DNA of 63,566 bases, counting the filler, from Phoronis australis (taxonomy: Eukaryota; Animalia; Phoronida): the NCBI GenBank assembly GCA_002633005.1. It is 6 parts of 6 records of this genome, joined end to end, with 100 filler letters (N's around TTAATTAATTAA, not from the genome) between each part and the next. Parts side by side here need not be neighbours in the genome. Positions count along the whole stretch, not along the records: positions 46,228 to 50,414 come from NMRA01001974.1; positions 50,515 to 53,091 come from NMRA01003589.1; positions 53,192 to 60,857 come from NMRA01001992.1; positions 60,958 to 63,566 come from NMRA01003560.1; 2 more parts are not named here. One strand, 5' to 3'. Both the position numbers and the translations under genes were made by a program. The notes under the pieces were generated by a model. That model was not told the origin of the DNA, searched no databases, and worked only from the letters and a program-made list of their open reading frames with translations. This document shows, one piece after another, positions 49,774 through 61,870 of this stretch (positions are counted from its first letter, which is position 1; each line of letters starts with the position of its first letter).

Positions 49774-50387
49774 GTGGGTGAAAACTGGATTTAAATATTA
49801 GCCACGTCCCAAAATCGTTGCACTAAACAAAAACCTCGGTAGAATCATCAGGGTTCTCTCACTTATTTTTGGTAATAAAATCAGTTGCCATCATAATAAG
49901 CAAAATTTTACGCCAGATGCTAAATACACTCTTCCTCAAAAGGCCGTTTAGAATTACTTTAATAAGATATTTCATTTTTGCATAAGGCGGTATCGAAAAT
50001 TGGGACAAATGCGTTTTTTATGAAAAAAAAGGAATTCGCATATTACAAAAATAAAAAGATGGTGTTTGACATTTTTGTCTTTTTTTATTGTGTATCAAAA
50101 GAAAATTGGTTAAATATGTTTATTGAAAACCAATTTTTTCGATGAATGTACCTTATTTTTTTCTTTGCAAATATTTACTACAACTTATAAATGACTTATT
50201 CATATAAAATCCAAAATTGAATTCTACAGGTTTCCTTCTTTGAGGAAAATATAAATATTTTTATTGAGTTGAGTTGACTTCTCTGGTCTAAATATTTTGC
50301 TGAATATACTATCCTGCTAATAAGTCTATGTTTAATCTTAATTAGGCCTCAGTGTTACGTTATTAGGTATCCAAGTGTTTTTTCTAG

Positions 50388-50414
50388 GTACAGAAAACAA
50401 AGTTCCCGTGGGCA
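50388..50414 (+). CDS. CEP76: CEP76 coding exon 5 (truncated at the spacer)
   Basis: tttctag|(G)TENKVPVG continues the CEP76 sequence in the correct phase. Confidence 0.85.
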
Positions 50415-53400
50415 NNNNNNNNNNNNNNNNNNNNNNNNNNNNNNNNNNNNNNNNNNNNTTAATTAATTAANNNNNNNNNNNNNNNNNNNNNNNNNNNNNN
50501 NNNNNNNNNNNNNNCGAATATTAGTGTTGCTTTAATTTGTGATTGGCCGTAACATTGCTCGATAGTGGCCTTTTGCAGTCTACATCTTGGAGAACTACAA
50601 GTTAGGCATTAGAATGCTCAAATCCAGGACAGACCCTCCTTCTGTTAGTGTCCAAAACCACTTTTGATTAGTCCGCGTATCGCTACACAAACTGGTTTCA
50701 ACGTGTTCCTTAACAAGTTAAGACACGAACAAACAACGAATTTCAATTATGTATATGCGAGTGAGAATATGTCAAGAGCACTTTTGTAATCGTTACTCAT
50801 TTTGAAGGCGGGTTTACAATTAGGGTGTTAGAATTTTTGGTCGCTTTAATTTTTAAAGTTTAGTCTAGGGTGTGTTACATTCTTAGTTACCATGGCAACT
50901 CTCATGTATATTTTTGTGACGATTTATATTCGAAAATGCTGTGCCGTTATACTAGCATATTTCGTGAAAATAAAAATTGCTTGTATGTAACTGTGGTTTT
51001 GGTGATACGGTAATCGAACTTACAAAATGAATTCATTTACTGAAAGTTAATCTCTTAAAGATGCCCCCACTCTATTTCACAAGCTTCGCAAAGTCTTTTC
51101 GACGCCAACGCTTCTGAATCAGTTCTTGGAATGCTTGCCTCAGAACAATGTCTAACATAAATTGGAATTGTGTCTTACATAAATCGGAATAACGTCTGAT
51201 ATAAAGCGGAATTATGCCAGACAAAAATTAGATTTACGCCGGTAATAATATCCGGTATAAAATATGTCTTACATAAATCTCAAATAATATCGTAAATCAT
51301 AATTCATTATTGCCAACCGCAATCCTGTTCATATCCGATATAAATAATAAAATATGAATACGTGAATCTTGAACGGGCGTGGAAATATAGACTGCAAATA
51401 TTTTAAAGTTTGGTCTGCACGCCAGGCTAGATATCCTTTGCTAAGCATGATTTCATTCTTGTGTTCGACCAGTGCTCCCCATGGCTCGAGGTCTAGTCGA
51501 GAAATCTTTTCATACTCGTGTTCATTAGGTCAGTTTTCAATTGGTGGCGTGCAGAACAGGCTTAAAATATTTGCAAAAATTAAGATTGATATCAATGTTT
51601 CTGTCTGAGATAAATCGAATTTATACCACAACATTAGCGTCAAATGGCAAATACAACCGTGTAATANNNNNNNNNNNNNNNNNNNNNNNNNNNNNNNNNN
51701 NNNNNNNNNNNNNNNNNNNNNNNNNNNNNNNNNNNNNNNNNNNNNNNNNNNNNNNNNNNNNNNNNNNNNNNNNNNNNNNNNNNNNNNNNNNNNNNNNNNN
51801 NNNNNNNNNNNNNNNNNNNNNNNNNNNNNNNNNNNNNNNNNNNNNNNNNNNNNNNNNNNNNNNNNNNNNNNNNNNNNNNNNNNNNNNNNNNNNNNNNNNN
51901 NNNNNNNNNNNNNNNNNNNNNNNNNNNNNNNNNNNNNNNNNNNNNNNNNNNNNNNNNNNNNNNNNNNNNNNNNNNNNNNNNNNNNNNNNNNNNNNNNNNN
52001 NNNNNNNNNNNNNNNNNNNNNNNNNNNNNNNNNNNNNNNNNNNNNNNNNNNNNNNNNNNNNNNNNNNNNNNNNNNNNNNNNNNNNNNNNNNNNNNNNNNN
52101 NNNNNNNNNNNNNNNNNNNNNNNNNNNNNNNNNNNNNNNNNNNNNNNNNNNNNNNNNNNNNNNNNNNNNNNNNNNNNNNNNNNNNNNNNNNNNNNNNNNN
52201 NNNNNNNNNNNNNNNNNNNNNNNNNNNNNNNNNNNNNNNNNNNNNNNNNNNNNNNNNNNNNNNNNNNNNNNNNNNNNNNNNNNNNNNNNNNNNNNNNNNN
52301 NNNNNNNNNNNNNNNNNNNNNNNNNNNNNNNNNNNNNNNNNNNNNNNNNNNNNNNNNNNNNNNNNNNNNNNNNNNNNNNNNNNNNNNNNNNNNNNNNNNN
52401 NNNNNNNNNNNNNNNNNNNNNNNNNNNNNNNNNNNNNNNNNNNNNNNNNNNNNNNNNNNNNNNNNNNATTACGGATTGTTGTAAATTCTTTGCTGAAATA
52501 AAGATTTACCTTCACGGAATTGTTCTGTTACTATATCTTGTCACTGAAAGCCATATTCATGTTCCGACTGATCTTCAAAAAACACAACAACCAAACCTTC
52601 GGAGAACCTAAATATCGGACACCATGTTTCTCCATACGTCACACCGCGGAAAACTGACTAACCACGTAATGGCCGCGGGCACCTTGTCGCCAAATTTCAG
52701 CTCGAGTGTTTTGACATATATGCAGCTAGAACCCAGGTCCATTCGCAACAAAATTAATAATCTATATTTATGTCTTACAAATAGTCAGCTATTGAGAATC
52801 GCCAATATATTCTCCACGTTTACTACGCAGACAAGGCGCATCTTATGGGCCATGCCGTTCTTCTATAAAATTTCCGCCATGTGAGATATGACGAACGAGT
52901 GTGTCAGAATGTTTTTCATTCTTTGTGAAAACAGCATCTAACAGGAACTATTTACGAATGCATGAGCGCCCGATGACCTCTTGTCCAGCGGTGTAACTAC
53001 ATGTATTGACAGTCTTGCATGTTACTACATGTAGTACCTTGGTTGAAATTTCTCTGGATAATGGAGATTGTCATAAAGTTTCTCGTGGACANNNNNNNNN
53101 NNNNNNNNNNNNNNNNNNNNNNNNNNNNNNNNNNNTTAATTAATTAANNNNNNNNNNNNNNNNNNNNNNNNNNNNNNNNNNNNNNNNNNNNGCCCACTTC
53201 ATCCGAAACAAGAATGTTTCTAGTGGAGTCTGAACATTTTACGGCGACGGTGGTCCGGGGAGCGAAAACTTGCCAGAGAGAAGAGAAGAATAAAAAAATC
53301 GTTGACCACAATTTCACATCTAGTACCCGTTTAGTTGCAACAGCTGGCTATGAGCATAGAATATAGGGTTTAGGGAACATCGACCTCAGGAAACATCGTC

Positions 53401-54027
53401 ACAGGAAATATCAGTTCTGGATTATATCGGTCCTGGGGAATATCGTAAAGCATCAGGTCTTTTATAACTGCCGGGAATCTATGAGTTCATTTTCAAATAA
53501 ACCACTGGCACGTACCCGGGTGCTTAACAGAGCCAAGCCGGTATACTCTTTCATTTACGACTGTAGCTGTTCTCTTTTGATTTGCAGCTTTGAAGTCCCC
53601 CCACTTGAATCGCTGGAGCAGGCCTACACTTTACATACGCGCACCCAGCCTAAAATATAGGGGGGCTCGAATTCTTCCATATGCGGACCTGTTACTGAAA
53701 AAAATCAACGAGGGCCAAAAAACAGGGCCACTAGGTTCAGGCTTGCCAATCGTGCATCCGCGCCGAATTCCTGTGGACTTTGTGAATTTTTGTCTCGTTT
53801 ACTCAAGCGACTTTTTGTTTCACTGAGGCAAACTTTTTTGCCCAATTCGCCAATTCGCCCCGATGCCCCCTGGATGCGCCCATTATTTACGCTGACAGCA
53901 ACGTGTGAAAGTCAAATCATATTTCGCGCACGTAGCCCCAGAAATAAGGGGTTAGATAATTTCTTGGTAACTGAAAGTAAAGACGTGGCCATCGCTTGGC
54001 GATTAATAGGGTTGTCATTTTCACTTT

Positions 54028-54177
54028 CAGTGGCGGATTTAGAGGGGGGCCATGCCCCCCCTAAAACTCTCCCAGATTCCATTTGGCAGTTCGAAGGTGC
54101 GCCTTCTGACAGGCAAAATCCTGGCTAATACTCTGCCCTGGCCTCCCCCCTAAATAAAAATCCTGGATCCGCCCCTG
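54028..54177. mobile_element. Short hAT-like MITE with 5-bp TSD ACTTT
   Basis: acttt|CAGTGGCGGAT ... ATCCGCCCCTG|acttt. Confidence 0.8.
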
Positions 54178-56007
54178 ACTTTGAGTGTCATAGGCAATAA
54201 AAAACGAGACGCACATCTCTAAGTCACGATTTTGTGCCGGGACCGCTTGCGCGCTAACAACGGGACCGAACAGTGCCGCAGTGCCGGCAATATCAGGGAT
54301 GTTGTCGTGGATATTTGGTACATGTAATAAGGACATCTTACGCAAAAAATAAACATATCTGTGCACCACAAAGTTTGATAAGTTGATCGCTTAAGAATTA
54401 GTTGAAACACCGCCCTGTTGTGACATTTTATCACGTGTTATGCAGTGGCCCGAAACTTTCCGGCCCGAATCCGGAAACTTGCAAAAGTTGCCGAAAGTGT
54501 TAGCAAATGAAACGCGTCAAAGATCGATTCTGCATATCCCATGTTCACGCGACTTGCTAACATGTACAAGTCATCGGGAGGGCTGTTCTTGGTTGGCGTT
54601 CTTTTGAACTTGGATTTGGAAACAACCAAATAACGGTCGGATTAAAAAGGTTGCCTTCGCCTTTAACAGCAAAATTATTATGATCATTATGGGGACAAAA
54701 TTATTATGACTATTATGCGGAATACATTTTATATCCATTATGCGGACAAAATCATTATTGTGACCATTATGTAGGCAAAATTGTTATGACCATTATGCGG
54801 TCAAAATTATGACCATTATAAACAGACAAAATTATGTCGTTGATCATTATGCGGACAAAATGTTTATGACCATTATGCGGACAAAATTATGTTGATGATC
54901 ATTATACGGACAAAATTATGTTGATGATCATTATGCGGACAAAATTATGTTGATGATCATTATGCAGACAAAATTATGTTAATGACCATTATGTGGACAA
55001 AATAATGTTGATCATTTTGTGGCCAAAATTATGTTTATGACCATTATGCAGACAAAATTATGTCAATGATCATTATGCAGACAAAATTATATTGATGACC
55101 ATTATGCGGACAAAATTATGTTGATGATCATTATGCGGACAAAATTATGTTGTTGACCATTATGTGGACAAAACTGTTTATGACCATTATGTGGACAAAA
55201 TTATGTTGATGATTATTATGCAGACAAAATTATGTTCATGAGTATTTTGTATACAAAATTATGTTTATGATCATTATGCAGACAAAATTTTGTTTATGAC
55301 CATTATGCAGACAAAATTATGTTGATGACCATTATGCGGACAAAATTATGTTGATGACTAATATGCCGACAAAATTGTTTTCATGACCATTATGCGGACA
55401 AAATTATGTCGATGATCATTATTTGAACGAAATCATGTTGATGACCATTATGCAGACAAAATTATGTCGATGATCATTATGCAGACAAAATTATGTTTAT
55501 GACCATTATGCGGATAAAATTATGTTGATGACCATTATGCAGTCAAAATTATGTTGATGATCATTATGCAGACAAAATTATGTTGGTGACCATGATGCGG
55601 ACAAAATTATGTTGATGATTATTATGCAGACAAAATTNTATGACCATTATGCGGACACAATTATGTTGATGATCATTATGCGGACAAAATTATGTTGATG
55701 ACCATGATGTGGACAAAATTATGTTGATGATCATAATGCCAGGTGTGCGTTCAGGACCTACGCTAGGACCTAGCTAAAACCTAGTCAAGGTCACGTGTTC
55801 TAATTTAAAATGCACGGCAATATCTCACGTAATCTCGCGAAGTCTTACTTTTTAGCGAGGTCCTAGTGTTACTGAACGGGAGGCACATTTCTTCCGAGAA
55901 GTGTAAAAACTCAGCTCACATACGTTGGAAATTCCAGGTCGCATTAGCGACTTGATACGAGCTGACAAAAATCTCTGCTCGCATTTCCAAATTTATGTCG
56001 AGCCCTG
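54178..56007 (-). mobile_element. Second, interrupted copy of the 4642-5964 hAT-like element
   Basis: ~54250-54637 is the reverse complement of ~4815-5174, and ~55900-56007 is the reverse complement of 4642-~4780, ending in the TIR gtcgagccctg. Confidence 0.85.
54668..55740. repeat. 29-bp minisatellite (tgatgaccattatgcggacaaaattatgt)n, ~37 copies
   Basis: Direct tandem units with no spacers. Confidence 0.96.
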
Positions 56008-56250
56008 GTGCATGTACAGTCATGTATACATGTGAACGCTCACTCAGTATGCCTGGCCTACAGTGCATGTACACTCATGTATACATGTGAATGCTCACTC
56101 AGTACGCCTGGCCTACAGTACGTGTACACTCATGTATACGTGTGAATATGCTCACTCAGTACGCCTGGCCTACAGTGCATGTACACTCATGTATACATGT
56201 GAATGCTCACTCAGTATGCCTGGCCTACAGTGCATGTAAACTCATGTATG
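56008..56250. repeat. 55-bp tandem repeat, ~4.4 copies
   Basis: Unit gtgcatgtacactcatgtatacatgtgaatgctcactcagtatgcctggcctaca. Confidence 0.92.
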
Positions 56251-57252
56251 CGTGCTTCCTCACTAGTTTACATCCAGGATTATGTACTTACGTTTGCTTT
56301 GCAGTTGGAAATTTTAGGCTTATGTTAAAATCTGTTGGAAATTTCCAAAAATCGCACCACTAAGAGGGCTTCCCCGAAATAGCGCTTATTCACATGAACC
56401 AGATTTTAGAAAGTGTTTTGTGACTTATAAGAAAAATCTGCTGAAGTCAGACTGTGAACTCAATCCTGTGTTTTTACCCAATAAGTTGAACTTTTAGAAT
56501 GAATTCTAACTTTCACGTTTGTGATGATGAAAATGTTATGTTGATTAGAAATATAAAATTGCTTGTGCCAATTGCTGTGGAGTGGCCTATTTTCACTGTT
56601 AATGGAATATTATTCTAATACCTTGCTTGTAGTGTTAAGTTATGCCTAGCATTCATTGTTTACAAAAGAATATCTTTATTTACGTCGGCCATTTTTCAGA
56701 AATAGCACTCGCTCGTGACACTTGTTCGATGGTTCCGAAATCAAACCACGTGTTGGTTTGAATTAAAATAGAAAACTAAGTAACATAAAAGGCAAAAAGA
56801 TCAGCTGAAATTGCTTGGAAAATGAATAATCATATCAATTTCACTAGAATCTTTTAAGCTCATTTAAGAAATGATTCCTGGATTGTGGCGGAATGCATTT
56901 TCTATACCACACTATGTTTACTTATCTGATTACCTTTATTGAACTGATATTGAAATTTGATGATCGTGGTGTAATTTTCATGCTACTTCATCCGCAAATG
57001 ATTGTCAAAACCTTCAACCTGATGCGGACATAACTATCCTTTTGGTTGCTCTGGTTATGGCACCCATACTCACTACTAAGACTGCTGGCTCGTTGCTGCG
57101 AATCTCATACGAAAACTAATATTCTTGCCTGGAACCTTTGCACAAATCAAACTGTACTTTCTAAGAAGTGATAGATCCACAAAAGTGCCACAAAAGATTA
57201 CTAAAATACAAAGTTTTCAACACAACACTTACATTGTCGTTTGTTTTGACAG

Positions 57253-57439
57253 GGAAGAACTCATCAGCTATTATGCTGAATTGTCTGAGGAAGCAGCTGC
57301 CCGTGAACAGCGCGCTCTATGGAGAGTTCGGCGAAGACAGCTCGATGCAAAGAGAATAGCACTTTTAGCTGAGGAGGAGGAACGTTGGAGACTGGCTATG
57401 GAGGGGTTGAAGGAAGGGCTGAAGGAAGGCCTGAAGGAG
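57253..57439 (+). CDS. TUBGCP6: Gamma-tubulin complex component 6, internal exon
   Basis: (R)EELISYYAELSEEAAAREQRALWRVRRRQLDAKR resembles GCP6 (HYSKLSAEAARREQKALWRIQRHRL). ttgacag acceptor, gtggga donor. Confidence 0.85.
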
Positions 57440-57771
57440 GTGGGAGTGAATAGTGTTTGAAGTGACAGACATGACAAATGAATAACTCATTATTGATGGT
57501 TTACTTGTTTAACTTAATTAACATGCTTGTCATGGAGACATCTCTCTCTCATGAACTGTCAGCAGTAAGATGGTACTGCAGTGTGTTTTAAAGTCTGGCT
57601 GACTTTTCTGCAGCAAACTGTTCTCTAGCTGGGTATCACCTCATTTGTTAAATCACTGCTTTGAAGAAAATAGTTGCTTTACTATCTGTTATTTCATTTG
57701 TCTCAAACAAATTAAATTTCTCTTCATCCAAGTTTATGTATAAAGTGAAATTCAAATTAATACTTTTGCAG

Positions 57772-59659
57772 CAAGAAAGCGAGAGCTCTGTCCAACCAAA
57801 TAACACTGCAACATCACGTGGCCACGAGCTGCCCCCTAGTGGCAGGGAAAGAAATCTGTTAGACATCACACTTCCTGGTGAAAGTGCATCTCAAGAAGTT
57901 ACGCCTGATCAGTTTCTTCAAGATATGTTGGATGCCCAAGCAAAACGTCAAACTGCGCAAACCACAGTCAGTGGTCCGTCTGAACTAGACCAAGCCATGT
58001 CTGACATCAACTCAATACCAACGGGCAATTTGCTGGACTTATCCCATTTCGCACCCCAGGTGGCCAGCGATGATCGTGATGGTCATGATGCATTGTCACT
58101 GCCATCTACAGCAGTAAGTACTACCAACGTTCTGGATGTGTCCATAGCTGACTTACCCTCCTGGACACAAAGAGCCTTTGTTGATGTTCCCGCTGGTGGT
58201 GGCAGTAATGAAGTTGGCGTCCCTGCTGGTGGTGACAATAATGAAGTTGACGTCCCTGCTGGTGGTGACAATAATGAAGTTGACGTCCCCGCTGGTGGTG
58301 ACAATAATGAAGTTGACGTCCCCGCTGGTGGTGGGAATAACAAAGTGGCCACATCTGTTAGTGTATCTCAACTTGCCAACTTAACAGACTTTGGAAATCT
58401 GCCGACATGGGTACGCACTGATGATGTGGTACATGTGTCTCCTCCTACAGGTTTGCAGGAGAGTGATGTGACGGATGGAAGGGAGGAGACTGATAGTGGC
58501 GGTGATAATGGCAATGTTGATGTAACTCCCTCTAGTGGTAAGAGTGATGGCACTGTGAATGTGAGTGAGACAGACGTGTGTAAAGATGGTGAGTATGCCA
58601 ACACAGCTGACGAATTTGTCAATAAGGAGCAAAAGTCAACAGTCAGCAAGGAAGAGCTTGTAGCATCCAGTCAAGCAGGTGTGAAATCTCTCACAGCAAC
58701 GGAGCATGTGGCACAAGGTAAACATGTTTCTCAAGAGAGTGAGGCTTTCAGTGAGAATGCTCATGTAAAATTTGTGCCAGGTCAAAGTGTAAGTTATGAG
58801 TCAGGTGCTTGCATCTCCCAAGAAAGTGAAGAGAAAACTGAAAAACTTTGTGTGAGGATTGTAGATGGAGCTCATTCATCTGCAGAGTCACAGCCTGCTG
58901 TGGAGGTGGTTAAAAATGCAAACATTCATGGACATGTGTCAAAAGAGACTGAGCAGTTGGTTACTATTAAGAATCGCAACGTTTATGGTCATGTGTCGCA
59001 GGAAACTGGATTGGGAGAACGTGTTGAGAAAAAAGCCAGTTTCTTTGGTCATGTGTCACAAATGTCACGGGGTGAATATGAAATACTCGCACCCAAACTG
59101 AAACGTGTTCAAAGCCGTTATGCCAACAAAGAGAGTGAGATTGATCGTACATATGAAGTCGTCCGTAGGCGACCAAGACAGGTGACGACTGCTGTGCAGG
59201 AATCTAAAGCTGATAGTTTAAAGCCTGTACAGAAGATGGCAGGTCATATGTATGCTTCCAAAGAGTCAGAGTTTGTAGACATTGATGGTAATCGGTTGGA
59301 GAGGTTCAAAGTTCGCAATGTTCACGGCCATTCATCTGATTCAACTGTTCAACGTTTACTATATGGTGAGACAATACAGGTTGATGAAGGATGGACANAA
59401 GTCGTCCGTAGGCGACCAAGACAGGTGACGACTGCTGTGCAGGAATCTAAAGCTGATAGTTTAAAGCCTGTACAGAAGATGGCAGGTCATATGTATGCTT
59501 CCAAAGAGTCAGAGTTTGTAGACATTGATGGTAATCGGTTGGAGAGGTTCAAAGTTCGCAATGTTCACGGCCATTCATCTGATTCAACTGTTCAACGTTT
59601 ACTATATGGTGAGACAATACAGGTTGATGAAGGATGGACACAGGATGAAGTAAAGCAAG
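57772..59659 (+). CDS. TUBGCP6: TUBGCP6 giant internal exon (disordered insertion with HGHVS-type repeats)
   Basis: Open frame from a ttgcag acceptor to a gtatgt donor. Motifs NIHGHVS, NVYGHVS and NVHGHSSDSTVQRLLYG resemble the GCP6 repeat region. Includes a probable 243-bp assembly duplication. Confidence 0.82.
58183..58347 (+). repeat. Coding 33-bp VNTR, 5 copies of DVPAGGDNNEV
   Basis: Near-identical in-frame tandem units inside the TUBGCP6 exon. Confidence 0.93.
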
Positions 59660-59980
59660 GTATGTCATGGTACTGCCATGTCACAGTACCAACATGTCAT
59701 GGTACTGGCATGTCACAGTACCAACATGTCATGGTACTAGCATGTCACAGTACCAGCATGTCATGGTACTGGCTATCACAGTACCAACATGTCATGGTAC
59801 TGGCTATCACAGTACCAACATGTCATGGTACTGGCTATCACAGTACCAACATGTCATGGTACTGGCTATCACAGTACCGACATATGGTACTACTGTGTCA
59901 TAGTACCAACATGTCGTGGTACTAGCATGTCACAGTGCCAACATTTCATGGTACTGGCCTTTACAGTACCAACATGTCAT
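59660..59980. repeat. 31-bp internally palindromic minisatellite, ~10 copies
   Basis: Unit catgtcaTGGTACTGgctatcaCAGTACCAa, starting at the TUBGCP6 donor site. Confidence 0.93.
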
Positions 59981-60524
59981 TGGTGTAGCTGAGAGATTGA
60001 TTTATATAACTTATTTAGAGCCATTTCTGCGAATGTGAAAGGACAAAATTCAGGGCTGTATATAATGCTTTTTCACATCATTAAAAATATGACAAAATAA
60101 CTAACAGCTTTAATATGACTGAAACATGATGCTGTGATGAGACCATCCAGGCACAGTTTAGGAAAATGTGTCCTGGTCTATAAAATATCTACGTCTTTGT
60201 ATACTTGCGAGTGTATCGGGTTGTCATGGCGATAATTGTGACCTTGCCTGAACAGGTGAACAGCCTCATCAACATAATATAAAGATGTGCTTTACAAGAG
60301 TTTCCAAGTGTTAGTTGATGTCATCTTAAGGATTAATATTACTTTAAATCCTTAAGCATTGAACACATTTGATATCCAGCAATGAGTTCTAACTTTACAT
60401 TTGGTGGAAATTACTATTATTGCAAGAATTGTGAATTTTTAATTTCACACTTTATTCTAACTTTTAGTCCTAGCCATGTTATTGTTTCTGTATGCAGTTT
60501 GCAATATTAATTTAATATGTACAG

Positions 60525-60611
60525 ACACAGATAGCAGTGCAGGTGACCAGGAAGAGTGGGGTTGGATGGAGGACAAGTCGCTGCCTTATGAGATCAAGTT
60601 TGATAGAGTTT
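60525..60611 (+). CDS. TUBGCP6: Probable next TUBGCP6 exon
   Basis: Phase-1 compatible (D)TDSSAGDQEEWGWMEDKSLPYEIKFDRV|gtaagt. An alternative AG lies 6 nt downstream. Confidence 0.6.
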
Positions 60612-60739
60612 GTAAGTTTTATGTTCTTTGTTTCATGTTGAGCTTTTGTTGCAGAATCAGTCTTCTACTTTATGCACAATGAAGAAAAATGCAAAGTTTT
60701 GTTTTAATTTGTAAATTGTGTACAGCAGATCACATGTTT

Positions 60740-60857
60740 ATTACATTGTGTATATTGAAGGTGACATTAACATTACATACATTGTGTTTATTGAAGGTGA
60801 CATTAACATTACATACATTGTGTTTATTGAAGGTGACATTAACATTACATACATTGT
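60740..60857. repeat. 36-bp tandem repeat at the block end
   Basis: Unit ttacatacattgtgtttattgaaggtgacattaaca, ~3 copies. Confidence 0.88.
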
Positions 60858-61710
60858 NNNNNNNNNNNNNNNNNNNNNNNNNNNNNNNNNNNNNNNNNNN
60901 NTTAATTAATTAANNNNNNNNNNNNNNNNNNNNNNNNNNNNNNNNNNNNNNNNNNNNTAGCAACAGAGATGTGATGTGATAAGCTGTTACAAATTTCTTT
61001 TAAAAGACGTTTTCGGGACTGGGTGAGGAACTCGAGAAGTGAAGCTTAATAATTGCCAAATGTATCAAAGAAATGGCATAAGAATATTTATTGAAACTAA
61101 AAAATGAATAACAGTTGCAGAACACTCAGAATACCACGTTATAGACATACTGTTGTAGTTGTAGCGACAGCAGACGATAATGCAGGCCTAGTTCTTGGGG
61201 TGGTCTATTCCAATAGGGAGCGATGAATCAGCGCAGCTTTGCGAGATTTTGCATTTCACATCATAAAGAGTTCCATAGCAACTCGAGTATGAGTGTCAGA
61301 TTTGAGTATGTTTGGAGTCTACTCGAAATACGACATTAGATACGCTTTTTTGAGTACGACTCCAGTGAGCACGATTTTGAGTATGAAATCTTGAGTATGA
61401 GTATGAGTCTGAGTACGGAGATTGGAGACCGGGCCCTGGACCCGCCTGAAATTAACATGTCATTCAAAATACGTGCACAGAATTGGGCATGAATTTCATA
61501 TAAATCGCTATCAATATTCACCCCATTTTCCACTTGCGACATAACACCATTACAGGTAGAACTCCATGGGATCCGTTTACTCCACTTTTACTCAACTCAA
61601 AACTACTACAGTTTGCAGCAGGACATTGGTACTGGCCAGGAAGTATGGAAATTCGGGAAAAACATACACATATGAACATTCCACAAATCTTAGCTTGACT
61701 AAAAACTTAC

Positions 61711-61752
61711 TGGAGGGAATCTTGCGTTGAACTTCTTCTTTTTGCTGGGCAT
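61711..61752 (-). CDS. DRAP1: Dr1-associated corepressor (NC2 alpha), first coding exon
   Basis: cacaaaATG MPSKKKKFNARFPP|gtaagt is nearly identical to the DRAP1 N-terminus MPSKKKKYNARFPP. Downstream exons were not found in this block. Confidence 0.9.
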
Positions 61753-61809
61753 TTTGTGACAGTTCGAAGCAGAAAGGCAAATAAGTTTAGCACAGCCGAC
61801 GTTTGGGTT

Positions 61810-61870
61810 GTGCAGGAAGTGAAGTGGACTGTTATTACGCGCATGCGCATTAAATAATTTCCTCCAATCG
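61810..61870. promoter_or_regulatory. DRAP1 housekeeping-type promoter elements
   Basis: ETS-like caggaagt (61813), NRF1-like cgcgcatgcgca (61838-61849) and CCAAT (61864), all just upstream of the ATG. Confidence 0.55.

Noticed and set aside
50515-53091. Coding content in block 4
   Set aside because: Only short ORFs without motifs, repeat-like sequence and a large gap.
54668-55740. 29-bp repeat array as a CRISPR array
   Set aside because: Units are head-to-tail with no unique spacers, there are no cas genes, and the context is eukaryotic.
59660-59980. Palindromic 31-bp repeats as CRISPR, and the MSWYW-repeat ORF tails as protein
   Set aside because: There are no spacers. The array lies after a consensus donor, so the ORFs are by-products of the repeat.
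46228-60857. CEP76 and TUBGCP6 as a centrosomal gene cluster
   Set aside because: They lie on different blocks separated by two synthetic spacers, so linkage is not demonstrated.
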